The notes: generated by a model not told the origin, from the letters alone. A stretch of DNA of 64,000 nucleotides from Thermoplasmatota archaeon (GCA_028279595.1 JANQNK010000008.1:1-64000); one strand, 5' to 3'; counted from the stretch's first letter, positions 9,567 to 20,029 are shown. A program made the numbers and translations.

Positions 9567-10642
9567 CAGAATCCCCCCTGCCTGTAGTATGGATCATGTA
9601 TCGGGACCTGATGGTCCGTAGGTTGGTCAGGTATGTCGGGATGGCGTCCGTGCTGGTCCTTGAACCTCATCTCGAACTCCCTCGAATGTGTTATGGCTGT
9701 CTTGAATCCACGCAATCCCTGGACGACCATCACCCCGCCAACGACCATTGCGACTGCTCCCGCAGGTGAGAACAGATCGGTCTTCAAGTCGTCATCGGTG
9801 GCCTGGTTCATTTCAGTGGTCAGTGTCCATCCGATGAATGTCGCTCCGGAGAACAGGATCAGGGCCGCGAGCAGGACCACGATAGCGGATGAACCGCCGA
9901 CGAGGGCGATCGCACCTCTCTCCTTCCGCAGGTCCATCATCCGGTCGGAATAGAGTAGCAGTCCACCGATGATGATACCGCCGGTGGAGCCAAGCAGTGA
10001 CATCCATATCCGGTCCTCGTAGGTATTCCAGAACGATCCCTTCAACTTCTCTGCAGAGGTGTTGCCGGCGATAGCCTCCCCATCGTAATTATAGTGTATA
10101 TCGTCCCCCTCATCGGGCATTATCGATATCCAGGGAAGCGCCAGGAACAGGACGAGGCCGATGATCGAAAGGATAAGGAGTACCTTGCCGGTGCGCTGTG
10201 CGTAATGTGAGATATCTGGAAGCCGGAAATCACCCATACCACGATACTGGGCTTGGGTAGGAGGCGGACCCCCGTACGCCGGTGGCCTCCGCTGCTCCGC
10301 GGTCTGGCCCATCGGTCGGCCGTAGGGCCTCTGGGCGGGAGCCGGCTCCTCGCTCAAGGGGGCCTTCGGCACAACCGGAGGTTCCTCCTTTGCCGGAGGA
10401 ACGTACGCAGGCCCGGTAACGGGCGGGGATACGTATGGCTCCTCCTCCCTGTCGGGATATTCATAGGAGGTCGTTGAAGGTTGTTCCTCCCGGTCGGGAT
10501 AGTAGAATTGCGTTGAACTCTCAATTCCCGGGTCGTCCTCATGCTCCTCGAGGTACTGCTTGCAGCTGTAACAGTACCACCTGGAATAGGTCTCGATATA
10601 ATTGGCATCCTGTCCGCACGTTGGGCACATCACGTCCATCAC
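9566..10642 (-). CDS. Zinc finger + Pro-rich linker + 4-TM 'LPW' membrane protein
   Basis: CPTCG...WYCYSC N-terminus, Pro/Tyr-rich linker, LALPW then three more TMs. Confidence 0.8.
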   Translation of the reverse strand: MMDVMCPTCGQDANYIETYSRWYCYSCKQYLEEHEDDPGIESSTQFYYPDREEQPSTTSYEYPDREEEPYVSPPVTGPAYVPPAKEEPPVVPKAPLSEEPAPAQRPYGRPMGQTAEQRRPPAYGGPPPTQAQYRGMGDFRLPDISHYAQRTGKVLLILSIIGLVLFLALPWISIMPDEGDDIHYNYDGEAIAGNTSAEKLKGSFWNTYEDRIWMSLLGSTGGIIIGGLLLYSDRMMDLRKERGAIALVGGSSAIVVLLAALILFSGATFIGWTLTTEMNQATDDDLKTDLFSPAGAVAMVVGGVMVVQGLRGFKTAITHSREFEMRFKDQHGRHPDIPDQPTDHQVPIHDPYYRQGGF

Positions 10643-10717
10643 TTCCGTTGGGTCCCCTCTGATGAACCTTTCACAGCAAATGCTGGAACGATTGATAAAG
10701 GTATGTGACAGGAGGCA

Positions 10718-12229
10718 CTACCATCTGGGACGGTACCATGGACCCTGGTGTCTCCTCAGGGTCATGATGTTCCGAATGCTCAGGGGCAGGATAACGAAGG
10801 CGACCGCGAACGGGACGATGTTGCCGCCGAATCCGTAGTTGAGCCTGGGCGCGTAGTAATAGTAATAGTACTCGTCCACGTCGCTGTCGAGCTGGCTGAT
10901 ATGTATCGCCAGGACCAGTCCGACCATGAGAATGAGCATCGCGACTACGGGGATCGCTATCCCGGCCCATTCGAGACGGAACCGATAACCAAGCCGATCG
11001 AGGACCACGCCCGCCAGGCACAGCATCGACAGGATCAGACAGAGCCATAACAACGAGGTGATGGCGTTGATGTCGTCGGACACCTCGTCCAGGGAGCCCG
11101 GGAAGGTGCCGAACATCTCACCGTGGATCGTCGGTTCGTCGACGTACTGGACGTAGTGGTCGTCATGTTCGTCCTCCAACTCGTAATAGTACCCGTAGGA
11201 CCCGTCCTCCCTCTCGTTGTACTCGTAGGTCAGCCACGGGACCAGGGGCATGCAGATGATCCCGACCATGCTGAGGACCAACATGGCCTTGATGATCCTT
11301 GCGTCGAAGTGGGTATAGGTCACGGGTTTCCAGAGAGGCTGGCGGGACCGGCTATCCGACTGGGGCGAAGCAATCGTTGATCGGCGGGCGACCGCGATCC
11401 GTCGTGCCTCGAAGGCCTCCGACGACTCCAGGGCCCGGCCGAGACCCTTGAACGCGAATCCAGCGTAGATGACAGCTACCAGTGATGCCACCACCGAGGC
11501 GAAGGAGAAGACGGTATGTTCGACGTCACTGTTGGTCGATTTCGTCATCTCGTTGGCGATGGACCATCCGAAGAAGGAGAAGGCTGTGTACAGTATGAGC
11601 ACGGCCATGAGGATCAGGAGCATGGATGAGATGAGGACGTACAGGTTCGTGTGGCGCCGGTTCCTGAGGTCGACGATCTGTGGGGAGTAGAGCATCAACG
11701 CACCGAGGATCACCCCTCCGAACACCGAACCGACGGCGAGCACGATCCGCTCCTGGTAGATGTCCATCACCGAACCGTTGAGGTCGGCGGTGCCGTTACC
11801 GGCCATCCGATTCAGCCTGAAGTCGTAATGGCCGGTGGAATTGAGCTCATCACCGTCCCTGGACACGGTGACCCAGGGCATGATGATGAGGATCACGAGC
11901 GCAAGTATTGACATGATGAGCAGGGCCCTGCCGGTGTTCACCAGCCATATGGAGTCGGGGCTCCATGATCGGGGAGTGGTTCTCCAGTACCTTTCCGAGG
12001 GAGGGGTCCGGTAGGCCTGCCTCGGCCAACCGCCGGTGGTCCTGCTCGGCGGGACCGGACCGGACCGATGGTACCGAAGGGGCGGCATGTCGTCCCCGAG
12101 CTCGTACGCGGGCGGCATCGGGACGTAACCCGCCTCGACGTACTGCTCGCATGCGTAGCAGTAATAGCTTGAATACTTCTCGATGTAGTCAGCGTACCCG
12201 CCGCAAGTTGGACACATCTGTCTTCTCAT
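10718..12229 (-). CDS. Zinc finger + two tandem 4-TM 'LPW' domains
   Basis: CPTCG...YYCYAC; IMPW unit resembles 9566-10642; LVPW unit resembles 8961-9566. Confidence 0.8.
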   Translation of the reverse strand: MRRQMCPTCGGYADYIEKYSSYYCYACEQYVEAGYVPMPPAYELGDDMPPLRYHRSGPVPPSRTTGGWPRQAYRTPPSERYWRTTPRSWSPDSIWLVNTGRALLIMSILALVILIIMPWVTVSRDGDELNSTGHYDFRLNRMAGNGTADLNGSVMDIYQERIVLAVGSVFGGVILGALMLYSPQIVDLRNRRHTNLYVLISSMLLILMAVLILYTAFSFFGWSIANEMTKSTNSDVEHTVFSFASVVASLVAVIYAGFAFKGLGRALESSEAFEARRIAVARRSTIASPQSDSRSRQPLWKPVTYTHFDARIIKAMLVLSMVGIICMPLVPWLTYEYNEREDGSYGYYYELEDEHDDHYVQYVDEPTIHGEMFGTFPGSLDEVSDDINAITSLLWLCLILSMLCLAGVVLDRLGYRFRLEWAGIAIPVVAMLILMVGLVLAIHISQLDSDVDEYYYYYYAPRLNYGFGGNIVPFAVAFVILPLSIRNIMTLRRHQGPWYRPRW

Positions 12230-12296
12230 TCCGGTCCCCCCGGGGTCTTGGTAACGTTACTAGGGACCGCGCCCACTTAAATCTTGTCTTGGACGA

Positions 12297-13763
12297 TCAG
12301 ATGGTCGTCGGGCCGCCGATGGGCAGCTCGGGCAGGGAGTCCAGGTCCCCCCTCAGCGCGGGTCCGTGCGTGTAGGTGCCGACGATACCGGCGCCGTCCC
12401 CGCCCTCGTTCAGGTACATGTTGTTCGCTAGTGCGGCCCACGGGCGGCCGTCGGGGTCGATGCAGATGTCGATGAAGTCGCCGAACCCTCCGCATCTCCG
12501 GTATCCGCAGTCGCTGGTGACGTCCAGCGGGTCGTCCGCGTCGTTGACGGTGACGGTAGTGATGAGGGGAACGTCCACGAAGGCGTCGGTGACGACGCCG
12601 AGGTATCCGGACCATCCGGTGCCCTCGGGGTTGAGACCGATGTAGGCCCATGCGGCCCTTCCGTCGGCGCCGCCGGCTATGGTCGGGAACCCGGTCCCGT
12701 TGACTCCCGGAGGAGCGACCATCATGGGATCGCGCCAGGACTCTCCGAAGTCCTGGGAGTTGCTATAGTAGGGCATGTTGTCCGAGCCGATCCAGAAGGC
12801 ATGGACGTTGTCGCCCTCGTCGGTGCTGATAGCTATCTCGTGAGTTGCCGAACCCGTGTTCGTGGTGATTATGTGCTCGGTCCAGGTGAGTCCCCCGTCG
12901 GTGCTCCGGTACATGGCCGGATCGTAGTTGCCGGCGGGCTGGCCCCGGTAAATGTAGCCGTTCTCGGATCCGACGAGATGGCCCGAGAGTCCGGATGCAG
13001 GGCTCTGGCCGATCTCGTAGTGCGGCTTCTCCGCGTCCCAGGTCTGTCCGCCGTCGAGGCTCGTGCATCCGTAGGACCCGCCGACGCCGCCGCCCTGGAG
13101 ACCGGTGTTGATCGAGAAGACGTAGGTGGTCGGATAGAGGGAGCCCGGGAAATCGTATGGAGTGGATGCGATGGTCTGATGGTCCTGCGGTGTGTAACCC
13201 GAGGCCAGGGACCGCTCGAAGAACTCCCATGTCTCGCCCTCGTCGTCGGATATCTCGACGGTCATGCCTAGAAGGGCGTGCATATCGAACTTGACCAGTC
13301 TGTCGGTCCAAGGGTCGACGTAGAGGTATGGGTCGTTGCTGTTCGGGGCGTTCGGACTCGGTGTGACGTCCTCCCAGCTCTGCCCCTGGTCCTGGGACCG
13401 CCAGATCTTCGTCCCGACGGGTGCGGAGTTGTGGCTGGTCATGAAAAGCGTCCCCGTGGAGGTGACGCCGATGGTAGGCTCGAAGGTATGGACGCCGATA
13501 CCGTAGTAGGTCCCGTTGGCCCAGTAGGGCAGGTTGGCCCCCGTGAGGTTCGCCGAGAGGTTCATCCAGTGTTCGCTGGCGTCGAGTCCCCCGTCGAAGT
13601 GGTAATAGGTCCCGTTCGGGGCCGGCGCGTGGAACTCGAAGGGATCGTAGGGAGCTGGAGGCGGCGCATCCTTCTCGTCCTCGGGCAGGGTGAACATGTA
13701 TATCAGTCCAGTTAGACCGATGACGATGACAAGAGTGACAATGATCACACCTAACTTGCTCAT
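12297..13763 (-). CDS. Membrane-anchored BNR/Asp-box beta-propeller (sialidase-like) protein
   Basis: N-terminal TM; Asp-boxes SQDQGQSW, SDDEGETW, SLDGGQTW, STDGGLTW, SQDFGESW. Confidence 0.8.
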   Translation of the reverse strand: MSKLGVIIVTLVIVIGLTGLIYMFTLPEDEKDAPPPAPYDPFEFHAPAPNGTYYHFDGGLDASEHWMNLSANLTGANLPYWANGTYYGIGVHTFEPTIGVTSTGTLFMTSHNSAPVGTKIWRSQDQGQSWEDVTPSPNAPNSNDPYLYVDPWTDRLVKFDMHALLGMTVEISDDEGETWEFFERSLASGYTPQDHQTIASTPYDFPGSLYPTTYVFSINTGLQGGGVGGSYGCTSLDGGQTWDAEKPHYEIGQSPASGLSGHLVGSENGYIYRGQPAGNYDPAMYRSTDGGLTWTEHIITTNTGSATHEIAISTDEGDNVHAFWIGSDNMPYYSNSQDFGESWRDPMMVAPPGVNGTGFPTIAGGADGRAAWAYIGLNPEGTGWSGYLGVVTDAFVDVPLITTVTVNDADDPLDVTSDCGYRRCGGFGDFIDICIDPDGRPWAALANNMYLNEGGDGAGIVGTYTHGPALRGDLDSLPELPIGGPTTI

Positions 13764-13886
13764 GGACCACTCCACCCCTTGAAAGTATATAAGAATTTAG
13801 CCGTGAAGTCCGGACGGTCGAGGTTCGTCAGGGACGGTCGATGGACCTTGGGGCCGATCGGTCTCCCACTATCTTCCCGAACGATC

Positions 13887-14504
13887 CTACTGTCCGGTCC
13901 GCTCCTTGAACTTGGATATCTTGGCGTCGGCGTCCTCGTCATCCATCGAGAACTCGAGCTCCTCCTCATCCGGTGTCATATCGGGTCCAGTCTCCTCGCT
14001 ATCGTCCTTCTTCAGGTCGCGTTTCTCGTCGAGGAGCTGCTTCTCGCAGGCCAATTCCAGCAGATCAAGGACGGAGTTCGCCACGCGGTCCCTGCTTATC
14101 TGGTCGAACCGGTGGGTGGCATAGGTCCTTCCCTGACCGTCGAAACCCGCCCTGTACATCTCTATCGTGGCGGTCCCTGAGCCGGAGGAGAGGGTGTACC
14201 TGAGACCCGGGCGGCGGCTCTCCCCCGGGCCAGCGTCGGCGCCGATTCCCACGGAGAGGTCGATGACCAGCAGGCCCCCCTGGGGATCGATGTCCTCGGA
14301 CACCTCCATGTCATAGGAGTACCGCTTCAATTCCTCGGTTATCTCCTCGAACGCCGGTTTTATCTCGAAGGCGTAGATGTCGCCCATCTCGTGGATGTCG
14401 ATGGACTCCTTGGGCATGCTCCTGTGCTCCGCCCTCTGCCTGAGGGACTTGTTCCGATAACTGGCCAGGATCCCCAGGAGCCTCTCGTGGGTTTCACCCT
14501 TCAT
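13887..14504 (-). CDS. Hypothetical protein with acidic C-terminus
   Basis: Fills the gap between genes; GGTG upstream; no recognisable motif. Confidence 0.65.
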   Translation of the reverse strand: MKGETHERLLGILASYRNKSLRQRAEHRSMPKESIDIHEMGDIYAFEIKPAFEEITEELKRYSYDMEVSEDIDPQGGLLVIDLSVGIGADAGPGESRRPGLRYTLSSGSGTATIEMYRAGFDGQGRTYATHRFDQISRDRVANSVLDLLELACEKQLLDEKRDLKKDDSEETGPDMTPDEEELEFSMDDEDADAKISKFKERTGQ

Positions 14505-14624
14505 CTCAGCACCGTCACCTGGATAGCGTTATTGGATAGATAAATCGTTCGATGACGAGGTATGACCGAACCATTCACTGGTGAGACGCGTCGATACCCG
14601 GACGGGGCCGGTATCGAGCGCCTT

Positions 14625-15821
14625 TCACGGACGTTCGCGGAAGTACTCCTCGACCCGATCGAAGGCCTCCTCGATGAGCTCGGGAGGCGGGAGATGGACC
14701 ATCCTGAAGTGACCCTTACCGTACTGGGTGCAGAAGCCGGAGCCGTGGACGAAGAGTACGTGCTTCTTTCTGAGGATGTCAAGGACGAGCGCCTTGTCGT
14801 CCTGAAGATCGGGGTCCTCTATCTTGGGGAACATGTAGAACGCACCACCGGGGACCGCCGATGACAGCTTCTCGATCTCCCCGATCCTCTTGAGCGCGAT
14901 GTCCCTGCGCTGCATGAGGGTCCTGTTCGTCTGCGCGATGTGGTCCTGCGGACCTTCAAGGGCGGCCTGGAAGGCGACCTGCGCGGGGTGCGAAGGGCAC
15001 AGTCTGGCCCTCGCCTGGCGCTGAACGCCGTCCTTGACGTCGTCGAGGGCTCCGGAAGGGTCGCGGAATGCCACGTATCCGATGCGCCATCCTGGAGCGA
15101 TGTAGACCTTTGATATGCCGTTCAGGACCATCAGCGGGACGTCGCTGCCGGTCTGCGCTGTCGGGACGACCTGGTCCTCGTAGGTCATCTTGTCGTAGAT
15201 CTCGTCGCTGATGACCGGGATTCCGTGCTCGCCCGCCAGGTCCATTATCGCCCTGAGCGTCGAGCCCTCGTAGAGGGCGCCCGTCGGATTGTTCGGATTG
15301 ATGACGCAGATGGCCTTCGTACGATCGGTGACCTTGGACCGCATGTCGTCGAGGTCCGGTTGCCAGCCGTTCTCCTCGTCAGTGTGATACGAGACCGGGG
15401 TCCCGTCATAGAACCTGACATAGGAAGTGTAAGGCGGGTACGATGGCCCCGGTATCAACACCTCGTCGCCGGGAGACAGCATCGACGCGAACAGCATCTG
15501 GAGGACCTCGGTGACGCCGGTCCCGACGATGATGTCATCGGTCGTGACGTCGCATCCCTGGGACCTCTCCTTCCCGACGATGGCATCGATGAGCGACGGT
15601 ATTCCATAGGATGGCGAATATCCGTTCTTGCCCTCGCGAAGTGCGCCTATGTAGGCCTCCTTGATGTGCTCCGGGGTGTCGAAGTCGTAGGCGACGGGGT
15701 CGCCTATGTTCAGTTTCAGTATTCGATGTCCCTGGCGCTCGAGCTCAGCGGCAGGGACTGCCACGTCCCTGATGGCGTATTCGATGCCCTTGGCCCTCTC
15801 GGATGCCCGTAACTGCCTCAA
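14625..15821 (-). CDS. Class I/II PLP aminotransferase, alanine aminotransferase-like
   Basis: EYAIRDV, LNIGDP, INPNNPTG, SDEIYD, NGISKVY..PGWRIG; TTG 15821 with GGAGGAG RBS. Confidence 0.9.
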   Translation of the reverse strand: MRQLRASERAKGIEYAIRDVAVPAAELERQGHRILKLNIGDPVAYDFDTPEHIKEAYIGALREGKNGYSPSYGIPSLIDAIVGKERSQGCDVTTDDIIVGTGVTEVLQMLFASMLSPGDEVLIPGPSYPPYTSYVRFYDGTPVSYHTDEENGWQPDLDDMRSKVTDRTKAICVINPNNPTGALYEGSTLRAIMDLAGEHGIPVISDEIYDKMTYEDQVVPTAQTGSDVPLMVLNGISKVYIAPGWRIGYVAFRDPSGALDDVKDGVQRQARARLCPSHPAQVAFQAALEGPQDHIAQTNRTLMQRRDIALKRIGEIEKLSSAVPGGAFYMFPKIEDPDLQDDKALVLDILRKKHVLFVHGSGFCTQYGKGHFRMVHLPPPELIEEAFDRVEEYFRERP

Positions 15822-16000
15822 TTGCCACTCCTCCGAAACCTGCGAACAGGTGCCCATTCGCGCTTGATGCGGATGGGTGGATGGGCTTAGCAAGTTATCC
15901 GATTTGAATCTTTCGAGTGGTTCGGGGACATCCGGCCGCCAGATGACCAACAAAAAGGAAAAATAAGACGAAGGCCTTAGCCCCAGCTGGAGAGGACCTG

Positions 16001-19000
16001 ATGAAACTACTGAGGACCATCCAGATGACGCTGATCGTGGCGACATTGTTCATGTCAATCGCAGTGATCGGGACGCATGGGAAAACATGGATCGTGGACG
16101 ATGACCCCGGCTCATGGCGGGACGCTTCCAACATCAACAGCGCCATCTCCAGCTCGACGAACGGTGACACGGTCCTGGTCTACAACGGGACCTATAACGA
16201 GAACGTGGAGGTCACCAGGTCAATAACCATCACCGGGAACGGTTCGAACGTGACCATCGTGGATGCGGAGGGATCGGGAATCGTATTCGAGGTGAGGGCT
16301 AACGATGTCACCATCGAGGGCATCACGCTAACAGGGAGCGGAAGCGGGTCGAACACCGGTGGGATCTTCGCAGACGGCAGGGACGGGCTCAGGATCAGGT
16401 CCTGCGAGGTCCTCGAGAATGCGGACGATGGCATCTACATCAAGAACTCCGATGACGGCGTCATATCGAACTCGACCGTCACCGGGAACGATGCGAACGG
16501 CATCCTCCTCATCGACTGCACCGGGTTCAGGACCGTTTGGACCTCCTATGAAGAGAATGTCCACAACGGCATTGCCATCCACGACACGAAGCTGACGGTG
16601 GACAACTGTTCCATCGGCGGCAACGGGATGCACGGCATCCACATGACAGGTGCCTCTAGGAAGTGCGATATCGGATTCGTGGAGATATTCGGGAATTCGG
16701 GATACGGCATCAACATCACCGTGGGTGCCGATAACAATACGGTACATCACTGCAACATGACCGACAACGGAATGGAGCCCCAGGCATTCGATTCCGGGGA
16801 TTCGAACGTATGGGACGACGGCGAGGTCGGGAACTTCTGGTCCGATTACGGCGGCTCCGACCATAACGGGGACGGGATAGGCGACTCGGATTACGACCTG
16901 GACGGCGAGGCGGACGCAGTGGACCGCTATCCGCTCATAGTTCCATGGAATCTCGCTCCCAAGGCGTGGATCGACTCCATCTCTCCGAACCCGGTCATCA
17001 AGAGGGAGAACGTGACCTTCGCCGGGAACGGCTCGGACTCGGACGGAAGGGTCGTCACCTACATCTGGTCGTCAAATCGGCAGGGTACGTTCTACAACGG
17101 CCCGCCAGCCGTATTCAACTATTCGGGAATGAAGAAAGGTGAACATCAGATCACGTTCAAGGTCATAGACAACGAGGACAAGGCCAGCAAGACGAAACGC
17201 TGGAACCTGACCGTGCTTCCTGTTCCGAACGTCAGACCGAACGCGACCATACTCCTCGTGAATCCCGATCCCGTTGAGGAGGAGCACCGGGTCGACCTAG
17301 AGGGGCTCGGTGAGGACGACGACGGTGCCGTCACACGGTTCGTCTGGTCCTCGTCCATTGACGGGGAGTTCTACAACGGGTCCTCCAACCAGACCTGGAC
17401 AACGGACCTCTCAGTGGGCGACCACATAATATCATTCAAGGTCAAGGACAACGACGACGCCTGGAGCTGGCTCGTCAACACCACATTGACAGTTGAACCG
17501 CATCCATTGACGGCGGACATCGTGAGCGTGGACCCCAGTCCAGCCGTTGTGGGAGACAACATCACGTTCACTGGAGCATCTCGCTGGGGCAGGAACGTAT
17601 CCGACTATTCCTGGAATTCCGATGTAGACGGGCCCCTCTACAACGGTTCCAACGACACTTTCACGACGGACTCGCTCTCGATGGATGATCATGTTATCAA
17701 TTTGAGGATACGGAGCGACGGTTTCGGTTGGAGCGAGGAAACCACGGTTAACCTGTCGGTCAGGGCAGAGCCCAACAAGCCTCCAACCGCTGTGATACAT
17801 TCGATATCGCCGAACCCCGCGTCGAAGACGGACAACGTGACGTTCTGGGGTTCGGGATCGGATGCCGAGGGACCCCTCGCACGTTATCGTTGGAGCTCGT
17901 CCATGGACGGCGAGTTCCTCAACACCACGGATCCGATCTCGCTCTATGACGGCCTTACGATCGGTTACCATGAGATCACCCTGTGGGTCATGGACTCCGA
18001 TGGGGTGTGGAGCGGACCGGTCTCAACTGATCTCGCAATACATGACTCACAGGTCAGAGCGGACCCTCCGGTCTGCAGCATCGAGTCCATCACGCCGAAC
18101 GTTGCCCGATCGGAGGAGGAGGTAACCTTCGACGGCGACGCGTCCGACTGGGACGGTACCGTGGTGAAGTGCGAATGGAGCTCATCCAGGGATGGCATCG
18201 TGTATTCGGGACCCGATCTCGACTTCTCCACCGCCAACCTGACCGTTGGTGTCCACCGGATCACGTACAGGGTCATGGACAACGAGGGCTGGTGGAGCGA
18301 TCCGAAGGAGAGGGTCATGGTCGTGCTGCCTGACGACCATACTGGCGCGCCAGATGACCTCTGGCTCCAGTACGGAATGAACGCCGGGAACACCCGGACC
18401 TTTCCCAATATCACCTGCAGGAGCCTGAAGTTCGTTCAGAGGACGAACCTGAGCGGCCTGTCGGACGGGGTGATCGTGAATGACGGCGATTCGCTCTACC
18501 TGAACATCGACCTTGCCGAGAGCGATTACTGGGATGAGGCCACGATCTCCATCGATCCGGTGACCCTGGAACGGGAGTGGCTCTGGAACACCTCGTGGGC
18601 GAGCATGTGGGGTCCGGCGATCCTGAACGGAACGATAATCACACCGACAGGGGATGCCATCTATGGATTGTCGCCAGGTGGCGAGGAGCAGTGGAACCAT
18701 TCAGTTGGAGGTTTTCTCTCGTTCGTGAACGCCCACCTGAAGGTCTGGAACGGCATCATCTTCGTCGTCATGGGGAACGAGATCGGAGCAATGGACACGT
18801 CCGGAGAGATGCTCTGGCAGAACGAGGTTGGTACGCTCATCGCACCTCCGGCGATAGGAGATGCGGTATACGTTGGCAACATCGAGGGAGGCATCCACGC
18901 GCTGGATCCCTTCGATGGGTCGGTACTGTGGACCTATGCGCTCGAGGGCGGAATCTACGAGTCCCCGGTGGTCACCGAGGACTACGTTGTCTTCGGGTCC

Positions 19001-20029
19001 GGCTATTACTTCTCCAACGGTTCCCTGGTGGTCCTGGACAAGGAGACCGGCAAGAAGGTTTGGAGGCGAAATTTCGACCTTCCGATCTCGTGTTCTCCGG
19101 TCGTTCACAACGGGAACGTCATCTTCGAAACTGGGAACGAACTCAGGTGCCACAGGCTCAAGAATGGTAACGAGGTGTGGGTCGAGGACACCGGCCACGC
19201 CACCGACCTGCTCGTCGCCGGGGACGCGTTGATCGTTACTCAGGAGATCTGGTTAACGGGATTCACTCTCAGCCACCCGACCATCAGCATCATCGATTTG
19301 GATACCGGCGAGAGGCAGTTCAAGTACGAATTCCCGGTCGGCAGGAGCGATTCCTATTTCGAGGGTGGTCCCTTCCATCCGGTCATCTCGAACGGTTCCC
19401 TTTACGTGGTCTACGACCACTACATATACGAGTTCGAGATACGTTCGGATACCGGGCCAGCGGACGACGGAAGCTCCTCCGAGGAGGGTCTGGCCCTTGC
19501 GTTCGAACCGGGGTCATTGCTGTTCATCATCTCGATCGTCGCGATACTCGTCATCGTCCTGATAGCCGTGGTCCTTGGTTCTCGGTCCCGCAGAGGTGGA
19601 GGGACCAAGAGGGCGAGGCCTCACAAGCCGAACGACCGATCGGTCAACAGGACCGGGATCGAGCCGGAACCTCGCAGACCGTCTCCACGAGACCACGGAC
19701 CTGGTGGCAGGTATGATAAGGGTCATTCGAGGCGAGGGTACGATCACGAGGACGGCGTTCCCTTCGTTACGGGTAGACCGATCAGGGATGGACCGGGAAC
19801 GGCTCCTCCCGTCCAACGGCGAAGGATAGCGAGGGATGAGCTGCCAATCAGGGAAAGGGACCCATACCAAGATGAGCCATTCATCGGGGAGGAACCTGAC
19901 GAGTTCGATACGGAATTCGATCAGCAAGACCAAGAATCGGGTTCATCGGAACAGTTCATCTGTCCGGAGTGCAACGCCGAGATTGCGGAAGGAGCGAGGT
20001 TCTGTCCTGAGTGCGGGACTTACTTCTGA
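16001..20029 (+). CDS. Cell-surface protein: beta-helix, 5 PKD-like repeats, PQQ-like beta-propeller, TM, disordered tail, zinc ribbon
   Basis: Signal peptide; WDDGEVGNFWSDY..DGIGD; W.SS.DG repeats; WLQYGMNAGNT and G...W propeller repeats; C-terminal CPECNAEIAEGARFCPECG. Confidence 0.88.
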   Translation: MKLLRTIQMTLIVATLFMSIAVIGTHGKTWIVDDDPGSWRDASNINSAISSSTNGDTVLVYNGTYNENVEVTRSITITGNGSNVTIVDAEGSGIVFEVRANDVTIEGITLTGSGSGSNTGGIFADGRDGLRIRSCEVLENADDGIYIKNSDDGVISNSTVTGNDANGILLIDCTGFRTVWTSYEENVHNGIAIHDTKLTVDNCSIGGNGMHGIHMTGASRKCDIGFVEIFGNSGYGINITVGADNNTVHHCNMTDNGMEPQAFDSGDSNVWDDGEVGNFWSDYGGSDHNGDGIGDSDYDLDGEADAVDRYPLIVPWNLAPKAWIDSISPNPVIKRENVTFAGNGSDSDGRVVTYIWSSNRQGTFYNGPPAVFNYSGMKKGEHQITFKVIDNEDKASKTKRWNLTVLPVPNVRPNATILLVNPDPVEEEHRVDLEGLGEDDDGAVTRFVWSSSIDGEFYNGSSNQTWTTDLSVGDHIISFKVKDNDDAWSWLVNTTLTVEPHPLTADIVSVDPSPAVVGDNITFTGASRWGRNVSDYSWNSDVDGPLYNGSNDTFTTDSLSMDDHVINLRIRSDGFGWSEETTVNLSVRAEPNKPPTAVIHSISPNPASKTDNVTFWGSGSDAEGPLARYRWSSSMDGEFLNTTDPISLYDGLTIGYHEITLWVMDSDGVWSGPVSTDLAIHDSQVRADPPVCSIESITPNVARSEEEVTFDGDASDWDGTVVKCEWSSSRDGIVYSGPDLDFSTANLTVGVHRITYRVMDNEGWWSDPKERVMVVLPDDHTGAPDDLWLQYGMNAGNTRTFPNITCRSLKFVQRTNLSGLSDGVIVNDGDSLYLNIDLAESDYWDEATISIDPVTLEREWLWNTSWASMWGPAILNGTIITPTGDAIYGLSPGGEEQWNHSVGGFLSFVNAHLKVWNGIIFVVMGNEIGAMDTSGEMLWQNEVGTLIAPPAIGDAVYVGNIEGGIHALDPFDGSVLWTYALEGGIYESPVVTEDYVVFGSGYYFSNGSLVVLDKETGKKVWRRNFDLPISCSPVVHNGNVIFETGNELRCHRLKNGNEVWVEDTGHATDLLVAGDALIVTQEIWLTGFTLSHPTISIIDLDTGERQFKYEFPVGRSDSYFEGGPFHPVISNGSLYVVYDHYIYEFEIRSDTGPADDGSSSEEGLALAFEPGSLLFIISIVAILVIVLIAVVLGSRSRRGGGTKRARPHKPNDRSVNRTGIEPEPRRPSPRDHGPGGRYDKGHSRRGYDHEDGVPFVTGRPIRDGPGTAPPVQRRRIARDELPIRERDPYQDEPFIGEEPDEFDTEFDQQDQESGSSEQFICPECNAEIAEGARFCPECGTYF

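Noticed and set aside
12251-12260. GTAACGTTAC palindrome sharing half-sites with 62041-62055
   Set aside because: Different spacing and short; chance occurrence cannot be excluded
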